Virus record (IMG/VR): IMGVR_UViG_2695420427_000009
DNA: 19,124 nucleotides
From: a virus
Taxonomy: Duplodnaviria; Heunggongvirae; Uroviricota; Caudoviricetes
Reading direction: 5' to 3' (one strand)
Part shown: piece by piece, positions 8,501 to 15,096 of the stretch
Layout of the letters: every line of letters begins with the position of its first letter
How positions within the stretch are numbered: position 1 is the first letter of the stretch
Position numbers and translations under genes: made by a program
The notes under the pieces: model-generated
Seen by the model: the letters and a program-made list of their open reading frames with translations, nothing else
Databases searched by the model: none
Told to the model about the DNA's origin: nothing

Positions 8501-9537
8501 GTCCGCAGGCCGGTATTCCCTTTTCCTTCTGTAGCTGATTTCCGGTCATTATCCAGTGCGCAGGTGATTTTTGCCGCCGGGTACATGTTTACCAGTTGTT
8601 CCACAACATGAACCATGTTGTTAGCGGATACAGCGACAACCACAGCGTCAAAGCGTTTATCTTTTTTCGTGGCAAGCCAGATGGATGCACCAGTAGCAAA
8701 ACCTTCTGTAACAGCGATGTTTTGCGCCCCTTTCAGCTCACCGATAACAAAGCAGGCACCGACGAAATCGCCGCTGGTTACGGCGCTGGTCTGGTATTTT
8801 CCACCTTGTTTGTCGATTCGCTGCCAACCAACAATACGACCATCGTAACGACCGTCCAGGTGAGCCAGAGGGATAGCCATATACGTGGTTGGCCCCCTGC
8901 TCCATTTTGCGCTGTCGTGACTGGTCACGCGACGCACATCACACGAATTAAAAACGTCACGAATACCTTTTTTAATCGCATATGGCCATGAGCCGTCTTC
9001 TGCAGGAGCATGTTCCCAAGCACTGTGGAATGCCAGCCATCCCAGCAAACGTTCATGGTCCATTTGGTTGTTTTTCAGGTCATTAATTCGTTTTTGTTCT
9101 TCACGGCGACGACGTGCTTCGGCCTGACGTTCTATTCTTGCCCGTTCTTCTTCCGGTTGTGCGACCACGGTCGCATTATTCCGTTGTTGCTCACGGCGAT
9201 ATTCAGAAAACAGGAAGGAGAAACCGCTCCATGAGCCAGCATCGCTGCCTTTATGGACGAAGTTAATGAACGGGTAATCAATCCCTTTGCTGTGTTCCAG
9301 CCGGGAGTAAATTTCTACGCGTCCTTTGAGGCTCTTTTCGAGAGCTTCTGGGGATGTTTTATTGTATGAAGAGTAACGCTCAACACCCCCGCGAGGGTTG
9401 AGTTGGATGTTGTCGGAACAGGCAGACCAGTTGATACCAGCCATCTGTGCCAGCTCGGTTAGTTCATCCCGTGCTGCTTCAATTAGCGAGAACGGATCGC
9501 TGCCAAAGCGATCCGCATAGAAATCGTTTAATGTCAT
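5542..9537 (-). CDS. repA: Replication protein RepA, primase-helicase (1331 aa)
   Basis: Size matches N15 RepA (~1320 aa); N-terminal primase-like region with acidic motifs (TEGFATGASI, ALDNDRKS); central Walker A VRAGMGSGKST; located between the ant region and cB as in N15. Confidence 0.9.
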   Translation of the reverse strand: MTLNDFYADRFGSDPFSLIEAARDELTELAQMAGINWSACSDNIQLNPRGGVERYSSYNKTSPEALEKSLKGRVEIYSRLEHSKGIDYPFINFVHKGSDAGSWSGFSFLFSEYRREQQRNNATVVAQPEEERARIERQAEARRRREEQKRINDLKNNQMDHERLLGWLAFHSAWEHAPAEDGSWPYAIKKGIRDVFNSCDVRRVTSHDSAKWSRGPTTYMAIPLAHLDGRYDGRIVGWQRIDKQGGKYQTSAVTSGDFVGACFVIGELKGAQNIAVTEGFATGASIWLATKKDKRFDAVVVAVSANNMVHVVEQLVNMYPAAKITCALDNDRKSATEGKGNTGLRTGYEILSKFNDVRCVYPTFEDDPQMECSDFNDLHKLRGLRETARQLFATANRLKTGTDLLSLTLNRLKTIKRDNRRTFAKELLRAVDIGMLTCPVPNSPSDLFNMFCIALREIGLENIYRATVKDHIARRLNKKCRIAQAPRSFSERITDPNKRPQHITYKRFETSVMTDDVLKYVQSLQGIVIVRAGMGSGKSTGLLRPLMHSSERGISVAHRVSLIGGLWEMMTEGKGVKADILHYQDPGYQEMAPYASKLTICINSIVKNCWQPLMRQHDYFGFDEATQGLRAVLSGRAMENPVAVFNTLIDALARTEQHPIMVDADANDLLVDLAELAMKRREELGLPAWLQIHVIELPVDVRNRETGEPIRVFYTEKDRIMTEVVKAVSNGEKIMLATDSSTFAEDVTATLRMHFPGKKFLCVNQKNKPEPEVEAFTNQPKKMVKKYDGLIYSPSISSGVSIEQKHFDRHFGMFCGEVVPSDAVQMLRRDRTAKEFIIGFDKARAKRETDPQKIERAFAQALLATAGMNGELTDVVFDGDRISMGVANTDFTRMKIKAAAIEATARNDYASNMICIMHSDGYKVSPLATDYAANDIGKELRKEARDIVWEQTLDLHLNTETPQESEREELLKKRALTLEEQAKLVRWDIENELKLPVEEGTLKFYFDGARDKVRRYETMLLDEVTARRYDREEAAINFTYAYRQAGQWQYFVVTAMTREQADDVFKTKFPGIIDHKVKATPTVEVGARGFYALKSATLRQYFIDCGINPETMTGEATQERLKFARDNLMTAERRDLLNNVLHIGGFMTPKGKPKVPEALFKNICDSLGLKTGKRRGRDGDKRPTLRFVEPESAAFMLDILAQRQKDGLTLKTRKAEKTAIEMDRDLDLNIYMDDKTRSTNEQVQNAPHSVISEALAVLPVVVPESWAMSALSGEELATMSSWSSASIAMTFASLYLTEFMDHLSSNELRRLREYITGNSPCSYEEQGAFYG
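5824..5872. other. Origin-like structure inside the 3-prime part of repA: inverted repeat GGATCGCG / CGCGATCC flanking AT-rich CATATATATATT, with three GATC sites
   Basis: Seen directly in sequence; N15 ori is reported to lie within the 3-prime part of repA (established knowledge); exact correspondence not verifiable here. Confidence 0.3.
8916..8929. repeat. Palindrome CGTGAC-tg-GTCACG (copy 2 of palindrome family B), inside repA coding sequence
   Basis: Exact 12-mer GTGACTGGTCAC shared with 14851-14862 and, in opposite orientation, with 3650-3661. Confidence 0.6.
9158..9175. other. SopB-type centromere-like palindrome TGTGCGACC-ac-GGTCGCA (copy 1 of family A), inside repA coding sequence
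   Basis: Arms TGCGACC / GGTCGCA with 2-bp centre; 6 of 7 arm positions match the F-plasmid sopC core TGGGACC-AC-GGTCCCA as I recall it; same element at 11602 and 16589. Confidence 0.6.
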
Positions 9538-9586
9538 TTTTTAGCCATTCCATGCGAATTATGTTTTTTCGGGTTGAAAAAATCCG

Positions 9587-9653
9587 CAGGAGCAGCCACA
9601 ATAAACGCATCTTGAATTGACGGAATCCGTCGCGTTACTGTGGCTGCTTCCTG
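9587..9653. promoter_or_regulatory. Long inverted repeat in the repA leader (CAGGAGCAGCCACA ... TGTGGCTGCTTCCTG, ~14 bp arms, 38-nt spacer containing palindrome GACGGA-a-TCCGTC)
   Basis: Seen in sequence 50-115 bp upstream of the repA start codon; function inferred (leader structure or countertranscript). Confidence 0.35.
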
Positions 9654-9660
9654 AAAAGGA

Positions 9661-9688
9661 CCCGAGTTTGCCGACTCGGGTTTTTTTT
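9661..9688 (+). terminator. Intrinsic terminator on the plus strand (CCCGAGT-ttgccg-ACTCGGG followed by T8), antisense to the repA leader
   Basis: Perfect 7-bp GC-rich stem followed directly by 8 T; there is no plus-strand gene upstream for at least 4 kb, so it would terminate a short antisense transcript or act on the minus strand as a weak cB-repA attenuator. Confidence 0.5.
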
Positions 9689-9782
9689 CGTCTTTTTTCT
9701 GCTGCTGTAACCTGAGTCAACCCACAGAACATATGCTCTGCATTAAACCAGATTTACAGCAAACAATAAACCCCGTATTAAG

Positions 9783-10379
9783 TCATCTACCCTCAACCAT
9801 GAATGATTTGATCGTTCCGACTATTTGGTGAACAAATTCAAGATCGCTTTTCCTGAAGATAGCGCGTTGTGAATTTGTTCCGTCCAGATAGTAATTTTCA
9901 TCATCAAAACGGGCCAGGCGCTGGATGGTGATATTTCCTGCAGTATCACGAACCAGAACATCCTCGCCGGGGACCAGTTCCAGCGCAGAATCGACCAGGA
10001 GAAAATCGCCAGGCTGATAGTTTCCCTGCGCCAGATTGCTGATAGTTAACGCATAAACAGTATTGCGCTGGCTGATGAATGGCAGGAATCGCTCAGTATT
10101 TGGAACCTGTCCTGGCTTCCACTCTTCATCAGGTCCACTTTCAGTTGTGCCAATAACAGGAATGCGATCAGGGTCATATTCTGTCCCATACAGCACCCAA
10201 TGCACTGGCTTGCGTAAGCATTTAGCCAGGGCAATACCTATCTCCAGTGACGGCATTACGTCGCCACGTTCTAAGTTTTGGACGCCTGCAATAGAGATAT
10301 CGACAGCCTCAGCAACTTCTCGCAACGTCAGCTTCATCTCTAAACGGCGTGCTTTCAGTCGTTCGCCTCGTGTTTTCAT
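9783..10379 (-). CDS. cB: Prophage repressor CB (cI-like; N-terminal HTH_XRE, C-terminal S24/LexA-like fold), 198 aa
   Basis: HTH LTLREVAEAVDISIAGVQNLERG at the N-terminus; divergent from the Cro-like gene across an operator-bearing intergenic region; size matches N15 CB. Confidence 0.8.
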   Translation of the reverse strand: MKTRGERLKARRLEMKLTLREVAEAVDISIAGVQNLERGDVMPSLEIGIALAKCLRKPVHWVLYGTEYDPDRIPVIGTTESGPDEEWKPGQVPNTERFLPFISQRNTVYALTISNLAQGNYQPGDFLLVDSALELVPGEDVLVRDTAGNITIQRLARFDDENYYLDGTNSQRAIFRKSDLEFVHQIVGTIKSFMVEGR

Positions 10380-10401
10380 AGCTTAATCATAAATGATCTT
10401 C

Positions 10402-10443
10402 TTATAGCTGGCTATAAAATTTATTTATTATAGCTGGCTTTAA
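10402..10443. promoter_or_regulatory. Operator pair in the cB-cro intergenic region: TTATAGC-tg-GCTATAA (10402-10417, perfect 16-bp palindrome) and TTATAGC-tg-GCTTTAA (10428-10443)
   Basis: Two 16-bp sites spaced 26 bp centre to centre; the second abuts the cro ATG; an additional palindrome ATCAT-aa-ATGAT sits at 10386-10397. Confidence 0.6.
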
Positions 10444-10692
10444 ATGAGATTTATTGCTTATAATAACCGCATGAAACCAGAAGAACTTATTCGCCACTTT
10501 GGCAGTGTAGAAAAAGCAGCGGCTGGGGTAGGTGTAACACCCGGTGCTGTTTACCAATGGTTAACCGCTGGAGAGATTCCTTCATTGCGGCAAAGTGATA
10601 TTGAAGTTCGTACTGCTTACAAGCTGAAGAGTGACTTTACAACTCGGCGGGTAAAGCAGTCGATTAAGGAGAGCCGTAAGCGTGGAGCTTGA
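10444..10692 (+). CDS. cro: Cro-like HTH regulator (82 aa)
   Basis: Small ORF divergent from cB with HTH SVEKAAAGVGVTPGAVYQWL; an alternative start at M10 (10471) is possible. Confidence 0.7.
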   Translation: MRFIAYNNRMKPEELIRHFGSVEKAAAGVGVTPGAVYQWLTAGEIPSLRQSDIEVRTAYKLKSDFTTRRVKQSIKESRKRGA

Positions 10693-11392
10693 GTATATAC
10701 GCAGCTGCGTCTCCACGGCATTGGCTGATATTCATTATCGCCAGCGTGGCATCCTAGAGGTCCAGCTTGAGCAGATGCGTCTAGGCAGATCAGGACGCTT
10801 TAACAATAAACCAGTCCGGTCAATCAGTGTAGGTGATGATAACTCATACGAAGTGTCCGTTCCTGCTGAGCCGGTTAGATTCCACCAGGGGAAAACATTT
10901 AAACAATCATCAATGTTGCTCACTGATATTGATTTTCAGAGCGCCAGCTGGCGCAGGGCTATTGGTCAGTTGAATAACGAGGAATCAGCCTGGCTTTATT
11001 ATTGCTACGGATGCAAGCCTGATTACAACAATGATGTGATTGTTTGTCAGTGGTTATGGCTTGATTTTCTGGTTGCTCATTCGGGGGGCGGCTTTAAAAA
11101 AATGAAGGCCTCCACGAAAAAAGCCATGCGGAAATTGATTTATTACGCGGCACAGCAGGTTAAATCAGAACTTACGTGTGCTGAGGCAGTTGATGAGAGA
11201 GAACAGGACAGGCATCTGAGTTTTCTACTGAATATATCTATTGATAGCTGGAGACAAGATTATAAAGAACGCTGGCTTTTAATTAAGTCGCGATGTCTGA
11301 GCTTAAATCGAACTGCATTATTAAATGCGGCGGAGAAGCGCAGTGAAATCATCAAACGCCATCGGGCAGGAAGTGCCATTCTGCCTTTGTAA
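10682..11392 (+). CDS. Q-like putative late-gene antiterminator (236 aa from GTG 10682; first in-frame ATG at 10775)
   Basis: Assigned mainly by synteny (cB-cro-Q order as in N15 and lambdoid phages) and a Cys-containing motif YYCYGC; no motif I can verify by eye. Confidence 0.4.
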   Translation: MELEYIRSCVSTALADIHYRQRGILEVQLEQMRLGRSGRFNNKPVRSISVGDDNSYEVSVPAEPVRFHQGKTFKQSSMLLTDIDFQSASWRRAIGQLNNEESAWLYYCYGCKPDYNNDVIVCQWLWLDFLVAHSGGGFKKMKASTKKAMRKLIYYAAQQVKSELTCAEAVDEREQDRHLSFLLNISIDSWRQDYKERWLLIKSRCLSLNRTALLNAAEKRSEIIKRHRAGSAILPL

Positions 11393-11399
11393 ACAAGTT

Positions 11400-11645
11400 A
11401 TGTTCAGGAAACCGTCGAAGCCAGAATTAAGGTATTCGGGGGTAAGAAATGAATATGTTATCTGGTGTCCAACTTGTGGTTACAGGACACGACCAGATAG
11501 TAATAAGCAGTCTGTAATTGCCGATTGGTATTTATCAAATCAGCCAGGTAATAAGCATATAGAAAATCTTTGGATTAAGCGTTACTTGGAAATCAGAGAG
11601 GGTGCGACCGTGGTCGCACAAGAAAATGAAAATAACGCCATTTAA
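11400..11645 (+). CDS. Small Cys-containing protein (81 aa), unknown function
   Basis: First ATG after the Q-like stop; sequence MFRKPSKPELRYSGVRNEYVIWCPTCGY...; its 3-prime end contains a family A centromere-like palindrome. Confidence 0.45.
   Translation: MFRKPSKPELRYSGVRNEYVIWCPTCGYRTRPDSNKQSVIADWYLSNQPGNKHIENLWIKRYLEIREGATVVAQENENNAI
11602..11619. other. SopB-type centromere-like palindrome GTGCGACC-gt-GGTCGCAC (copy 2 of family A)
   Basis: Perfect 8-bp arms; the 18-mer is the exact reverse complement of the core at 16591-16608. Confidence 0.6.
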
Positions 11646-11829
11646 GCAGGGGCCGATGACGCATGATGAAGCAGAGCGTCTTTCAGATACTTATCGGCGG
11701 CGTGGTAAGAAAGTTCTGGTTGTTCGTTCTGATTTTTTAGGTGATGGATATTGCGTTTATGTTCATTTACCTGAATCAGAAAGAACGCCAAAACCATCCA
11801 GAACATATCAACAGAAAATTTGGGTATAG
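11626..11829 (+). CDS. Hypothetical protein (67 aa)
   Basis: ORF-track entry 11602-11829 trimmed to the first ATG; basic small protein; start uncertain. Confidence 0.35.
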   Translation: MKITPFKQGPMTHDEAERLSDTYRRRGKKVLVVRSDFLGDGYCVYVHLPESERTPKPSRTYQQKIWV

Positions 11830-11852
11830 ATAAACGTTGAGGAGAATTATTC

Positions 11853-12452
11853 GTGACTAATCAGATTATTTACGACAGGAAACGGTCTGATGTAATGATT
11901 GACCTTGAAACAATGGGTACTAACACATGTGCTCCAATTGTTTCTATCGGGGCAGTGTTTTTTTCTCCAGAAAGTGAGGAATTAGGTCCTACTTTTTATG
12001 TACCAGTGAATCTCAGAAGCTCGATGTTGAATGGTGGTGTCGCCGATGGTGATACCATTTTATGGTGGTTGAAACAGAGCAAGGAAGCCAGAGCCGCAAT
12101 TTGTACTAATGATGCCCTTGATATTAAGGATGCACTTTTTGAATTATCACACTTTATTACTTGCCATGCATGTAATTTAAAAAAATTGAAAGTATGGGGA
12201 AATGGAGCAACGTTCGATAATGTAATTTTACGCGGTGCTTATGAGCGCGTTGGCTTAGCCTGTCCGTGGGAATATTTTAATGATCAGGATGTTCGAACAA
12301 TCGTTAACCTTGGTCAGTTTATTGGTTTTAATCCTAAAAAAGATATGCCATTTGATGGCGAACGACACAATGCCCTGGCTGATGCTATTCATCAGGCTAA
12401 ATATGTATCAGCAATTTTCTCCCGTCTTGTAAAAGGGCAAGGAGAATCGTAA
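11853..12452 (+). CDS. DEDDh-type 3-prime to 5-prime exonuclease (DnaQ-like fold), 199 aa
   Basis: GTG start 7 nt after GAGGAG RBS; motifs MIDLET (Exo I), WGNGATFD (Exo II), ERHNALADA (Exo III with His). Confidence 0.75.
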   Translation: MTNQIIYDRKRSDVMIDLETMGTNTCAPIVSIGAVFFSPESEELGPTFYVPVNLRSSMLNGGVADGDTILWWLKQSKEARAAICTNDALDIKDALFELSHFITCHACNLKKLKVWGNGATFDNVILRGAYERVGLACPWEYFNDQDVRTIVNLGQFIGFNPKKDMPFDGERHNALADAIHQAKYVSAIFSRLVKGQGES

Positions 12453-12871
12453 TGGCAAAGGCTTTTACACCAGAACAGAGGGAAGAACTGAATAAACAAA
12501 TTGTGGAACTCGTGCGCCTGAATGGACGAGGAACGGTTAGGCAACTTGCGGATGAAACTGGTATTAGCCGGTGTGCTGTTAGTCGTTTATCAAGAGAGCT
12601 TGCTGCCAGTGGTGATTTGTATATCTCTGGCTCCGGGATATTTCTGTCTGCACAAGCACGCAAGGACTGGCAAAACGCCCGTAAAAAACTATCAAGAGTA
12701 AAGCCGAAGACATCGGTAGTGGTTGATCCAGACCTTATCTGGTCATTACCTGACGGAGAAATACGTCGTTACGACAGGCGCTTGAACATGATTTGTCACG
12801 ATTGCCGGAAAAGTGAAGTTATGCAGCGTGTGCTGGCTTTTTATCAGGGAAATTTTCAGGAGGTGGCGTAG
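12452..12871 (+). CDS. HTH DNA-binding protein (139 aa), unknown function
   Basis: HTH-like TVRQLADETGISRCAVSRLSRELAASG; start overlaps upstream stop (TAATG). Confidence 0.55.
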   Translation: MAKAFTPEQREELNKQIVELVRLNGRGTVRQLADETGISRCAVSRLSRELAASGDLYISGSGIFLSAQARKDWQNARKKLSRVKPKTSVVVDPDLIWSLPDGEIRRYDRRLNMICHDCRKSEVMQRVLAFYQGNFQEVA

Positions 12872-13161
12872 TGAATATCGACACCACGATAACGATCGAT
12901 ACGGCCCTAAATATCGGTCTGGCACTTCTCGGTTGGTTTTACATCATGTTCAGTGCGGGGAAGTGGGCGGCCTCTGTTTTTCTAAAGCAGTGGGGAAAGC
13001 ACCGCAAACAGGAAAGACGCCAGAAAGTGTTAGAGGCGTTCTATGACGCATTTGAACTTAGCCGCATTGAGCCAGGCACAACAGCCAAGATAGCGACAAA
13101 AGGCGACCTGATGATAGTGATGTTCCGACAGGAGAGAGCAGAGAAAGGGGAATCAGCATGA
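12871..13161 (+). CDS. Small membrane protein (96 aa)
   Basis: GTG start 5 nt after strong AGGAGGTGG RBS; N-terminal TM helix ALNIGLALLGWFYIMF. Confidence 0.55.
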   Translation: MNIDTTITIDTALNIGLALLGWFYIMFSAGKWAASVFLKQWGKHRKQERRQKVLEAFYDAFELSRIEPGTTAKIATKGDLMIVMFRQERAEKGESA

Positions 13162-13736
13162 AATTTTCCAAATTTTCTGAGTTGGTGAATCGTATTTTGT
13201 CCAACAACCACAGCCATCGTCGCGATATGGATGTAACAATCGTTATTCATTCGCCTGGCAGCATTGGTTCAACACCTTCAGTTGAGGTTCAGTCAATTCA
13301 CGCTGGTTTTGATTGGGATTCCGGGAAAGTGCTTATTTTCCCATCACAGCCACTGACCACGCTAACACCAGAACAGATTACTGATATCACTGATAGTGTG
13401 CGCAAAGGTCAGTCCTGGCACGCATATCAGGAATACAAAAAGCATAAAGAGCAGTTGGAAAAATTGTCTATTGAGCTGGAAGCTGCAAGAAAGCGAATTT
13501 CAGAACAGGGAAATAAAGTAATACCAGTGTCAGCTGAATTGCCACCTGCAAATGAAAGTGTTCTGTTATTTGATGCTAACGGAGAAGGCTGGCTGATTGG
13601 CTGGCGTTCTCTCTGGTACACCTGGGGACAAAAGGAAACCGGAGAATGGCAGTGGACATTTCAGGTCGGGGATCTTGAAAACGTCAATATCACTCATTGG
13701 GCAGTAATGCCGAAAGCACCGGAGGCTGGAGCATAA
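13158..13736 (+). CDS. Phage protein with DUF551-like C-terminal domain (192 aa)
   Basis: ATGA overlap with upstream gene; RBS GAAAGGGG; C-terminus ...GWLIGWRS...THWAVMPKAPE resembles DUF551 proteins common in lambdoid phages. Confidence 0.55.
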   Translation: MKFSKFSELVNRILSNNHSHRRDMDVTIVIHSPGSIGSTPSVEVQSIHAGFDWDSGKVLIFPSQPLTTLTPEQITDITDSVRKGQSWHAYQEYKKHKEQLEKLSIELEAARKRISEQGNKVIPVSAELPPANESVLLFDANGEGWLIGWRSLWYTWGQKETGEWQWTFQVGDLENVNITHWAVMPKAPEAGA

Positions 13737-14512
13737 TGATCACGTTTACCGACAAAGAACTGATTAAAGAAATCAAAGAGCGAATCGGTAGCCTGGACGT
13801 TCGAGACAATATTGAGCGCCGTGCTTATGAAATTGCACTGGCATCGCTGGAAGCAGATCCAGTTGCTTATATTTTCAAACATCCAGCCGGAAAATTATTC
13901 TGGTCGTTGACCGATGAAAGCAATAAAGAACAACCGGACGTGATTTCTGTTTATGCTGCCTCACCTGCACCGATATCGTCGGAGGCCATTGAATACGCAA
14001 TTGAATACATCCGCAGTATCGCTTTTCACATCGATGAAGACGATTACCACGGCAAACATATTGCGTATTTCATGCGACAAGCATTGGCCTGGCTGGAAGG
14101 GCATTCATGCAGCGACGACAGGCTGGGTAAGGCCGACAATCAACCCGCATCTGGTAACCAGGCTGCCGAATCCAATCGCGGTAATGAGTGGACTGGCAAT
14201 CCTGATATTGATAACGCCATCATCATGCTCGATCGCATAGATACGCTGGAAAATTGCGATGATGACCGTATTGAGGCGGTTAAGGCTGTTTTGCGTAGAC
14301 TGGCTGGCAACTATCCGGTAATTCCGGATGGTTGGATAAGCTGTAGTGAGCAAATGCCAGATGATGGTCGTATTCAGTTTTCTGTTTCACTTCCAGCAGC
14401 ATGTGGTGGAGATAAATATTTTATTGATGGTGTATTTCAACCTTTGAGATATGAGCGTGACTGTGAAAAAGCGGTTGTGGCCGCTGGCGGTGTAGTTAAT
14501 TGGGTTAAGTAA
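13736..14512 (+). CDS. Phage protein with DUF551-like C-terminal domain (258 aa)
   Basis: Start moved to the ATG overlapping the upstream stop (ATGA); the ORF-track start at 13697 would overlap the previous gene by 40 nt. Confidence 0.55.
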   Translation: MITFTDKELIKEIKERIGSLDVRDNIERRAYEIALASLEADPVAYIFKHPAGKLFWSLTDESNKEQPDVISVYAASPAPISSEAIEYAIEYIRSIAFHIDEDDYHGKHIAYFMRQALAWLEGHSCSDDRLGKADNQPASGNQAAESNRGNEWTGNPDIDNAIIMLDRIDTLENCDDDRIEAVKAVLRRLAGNYPVIPDGWISCSEQMPDDGRIQFSVSLPAACGGDKYFIDGVFQPLRYERDCEKAVVAAGGVVNWVK

Positions 14513-14527
14513 TTTTTAGGAGGATTT

Positions 14528-14854
14528 ATGGCGCTGACACCGGCAGAACGGCAAAGAAGACGCAGGGAACGGTTGAAGAAGGAAGGAACATCAAGACGTG
14601 ACTGGATTCTGGAACCTGACGAGTTACGTATGTTGGGGGAAATTTGTGTATTGCGTAGACCAGGGCGAGTTCCATATTCAGAGAACGAAGTCATCGGACT
14701 GCTGATCAGGAAAAACTATAAGGAGTTGCAGAAACAGCTATCTACTACTTGTCCGCGATGTGGTCAAAAAATGCCTGTTTCAGAATGCATTTTTGATGGT
14801 GAAGGCTCATGCCACCTTACAACCACGAGGCTGAAACTTGCGCTCAAAGTGTGA
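14528..14854 (+). CDS. Hypothetical basic protein with C-terminal Cys cluster (108 aa)
   Basis: Strong RBS TAGGAGGA 5 nt upstream; Arg-rich N-terminus (RQRRRRERLKKEG) and CPRCG...C...C Zn-ribbon-like tail. Confidence 0.6.
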   Translation: MALTPAERQRRRRERLKKEGTSRRDWILEPDELRMLGEICVLRRPGRVPYSENEVIGLLIRKNYKELQKQLSTTCPRCGQKMPVSECIFDGEGSCHLTTTRLKLALKV

Positions 14855-14862
14855 CTGGTCAC
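14851..14862. repeat. Palindrome GTGAC-tg-GTCAC (copy 3 of palindrome family B), spanning the stop codon of the 14528 ORF
   Basis: Exact 12-mer identical to 8917-8928. Confidence 0.6.
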
Positions 14863-14872
14863 GGAGGGATAA

Positions 14873-15028
14873 ATGGACAAAAAGGCATTGCTTTTTGAAA
14901 TGATACGAAAACGGAGCGAAAAGAGCTTTTCTGATGGTGGTGATGGGCTTTTGAAAGTGGTTGGGCGAGGCGTAGGAAGGGAACATAAGTATCGGACTAC
15001 AAAGATATTTAACCAGTTAATCCATTGA
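14873..15028 (+). CDS. Small hypothetical protein (51 aa), absent from the ORF track
   Basis: ATG preceded by GGAGGG RBS at 7-nt spacing; MDKKALLFEMIRKRSEKSF... Confidence 0.35.
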   Translation: MDKKALLFEMIRKRSEKSFSDGGDGLLKVVGRGVGREHKYRTTKIFNQLIH

Positions 15029-15029
15029 A

Positions 15030-15046
15030 AGTTGGCTATAAAATTT
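15030..15046. promoter_or_regulatory. 17-mer AGTTGGCTATAAAATTT, 16/17 identical to the right half of the cB-cro operator plus flank (10406-10422)
   Basis: Direct comparison within the window; suggests a CB operator half-site and/or a shared -10 element TATAAAAT. Confidence 0.45.
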
Positions 15047-15054
15047 GAGTTTTA

Positions 15055-15074
15055 CCCTGTAATTTTATACAGTA
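15055..15074. promoter_or_regulatory. LexA (SOS) box CCCTGTAATTTTATACAGTA
   Basis: CTGT-N8-ACAG with AT-rich spacer and 3-prime TA; the only such site in the window; 23 bp upstream of the 15097 ORF. Confidence 0.6.
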
Positions 15075-15096
15075 TCAAATAACCTTTTTTAATTAA

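Noticed and set aside
6483-9234. Multiple 60-130-aa plus-strand ORFs (for example 6483-6668, 6875-7111, 8596-8991, 9010-9234)
   Set aside because: All lie antisense within the 4-kb repA gene; they are Ser/Arg/Cys-rich and have no RBS. Typical shadow ORFs of a long gene.
13697-13735. Upstream extension of the 258-aa DUF551-like gene (ORF-track start 13697)
   Set aside because: Would overlap the preceding gene by 40 nt; an ATG overlapping the upstream stop (ATGA) at 13736 gives a typical coupled start.
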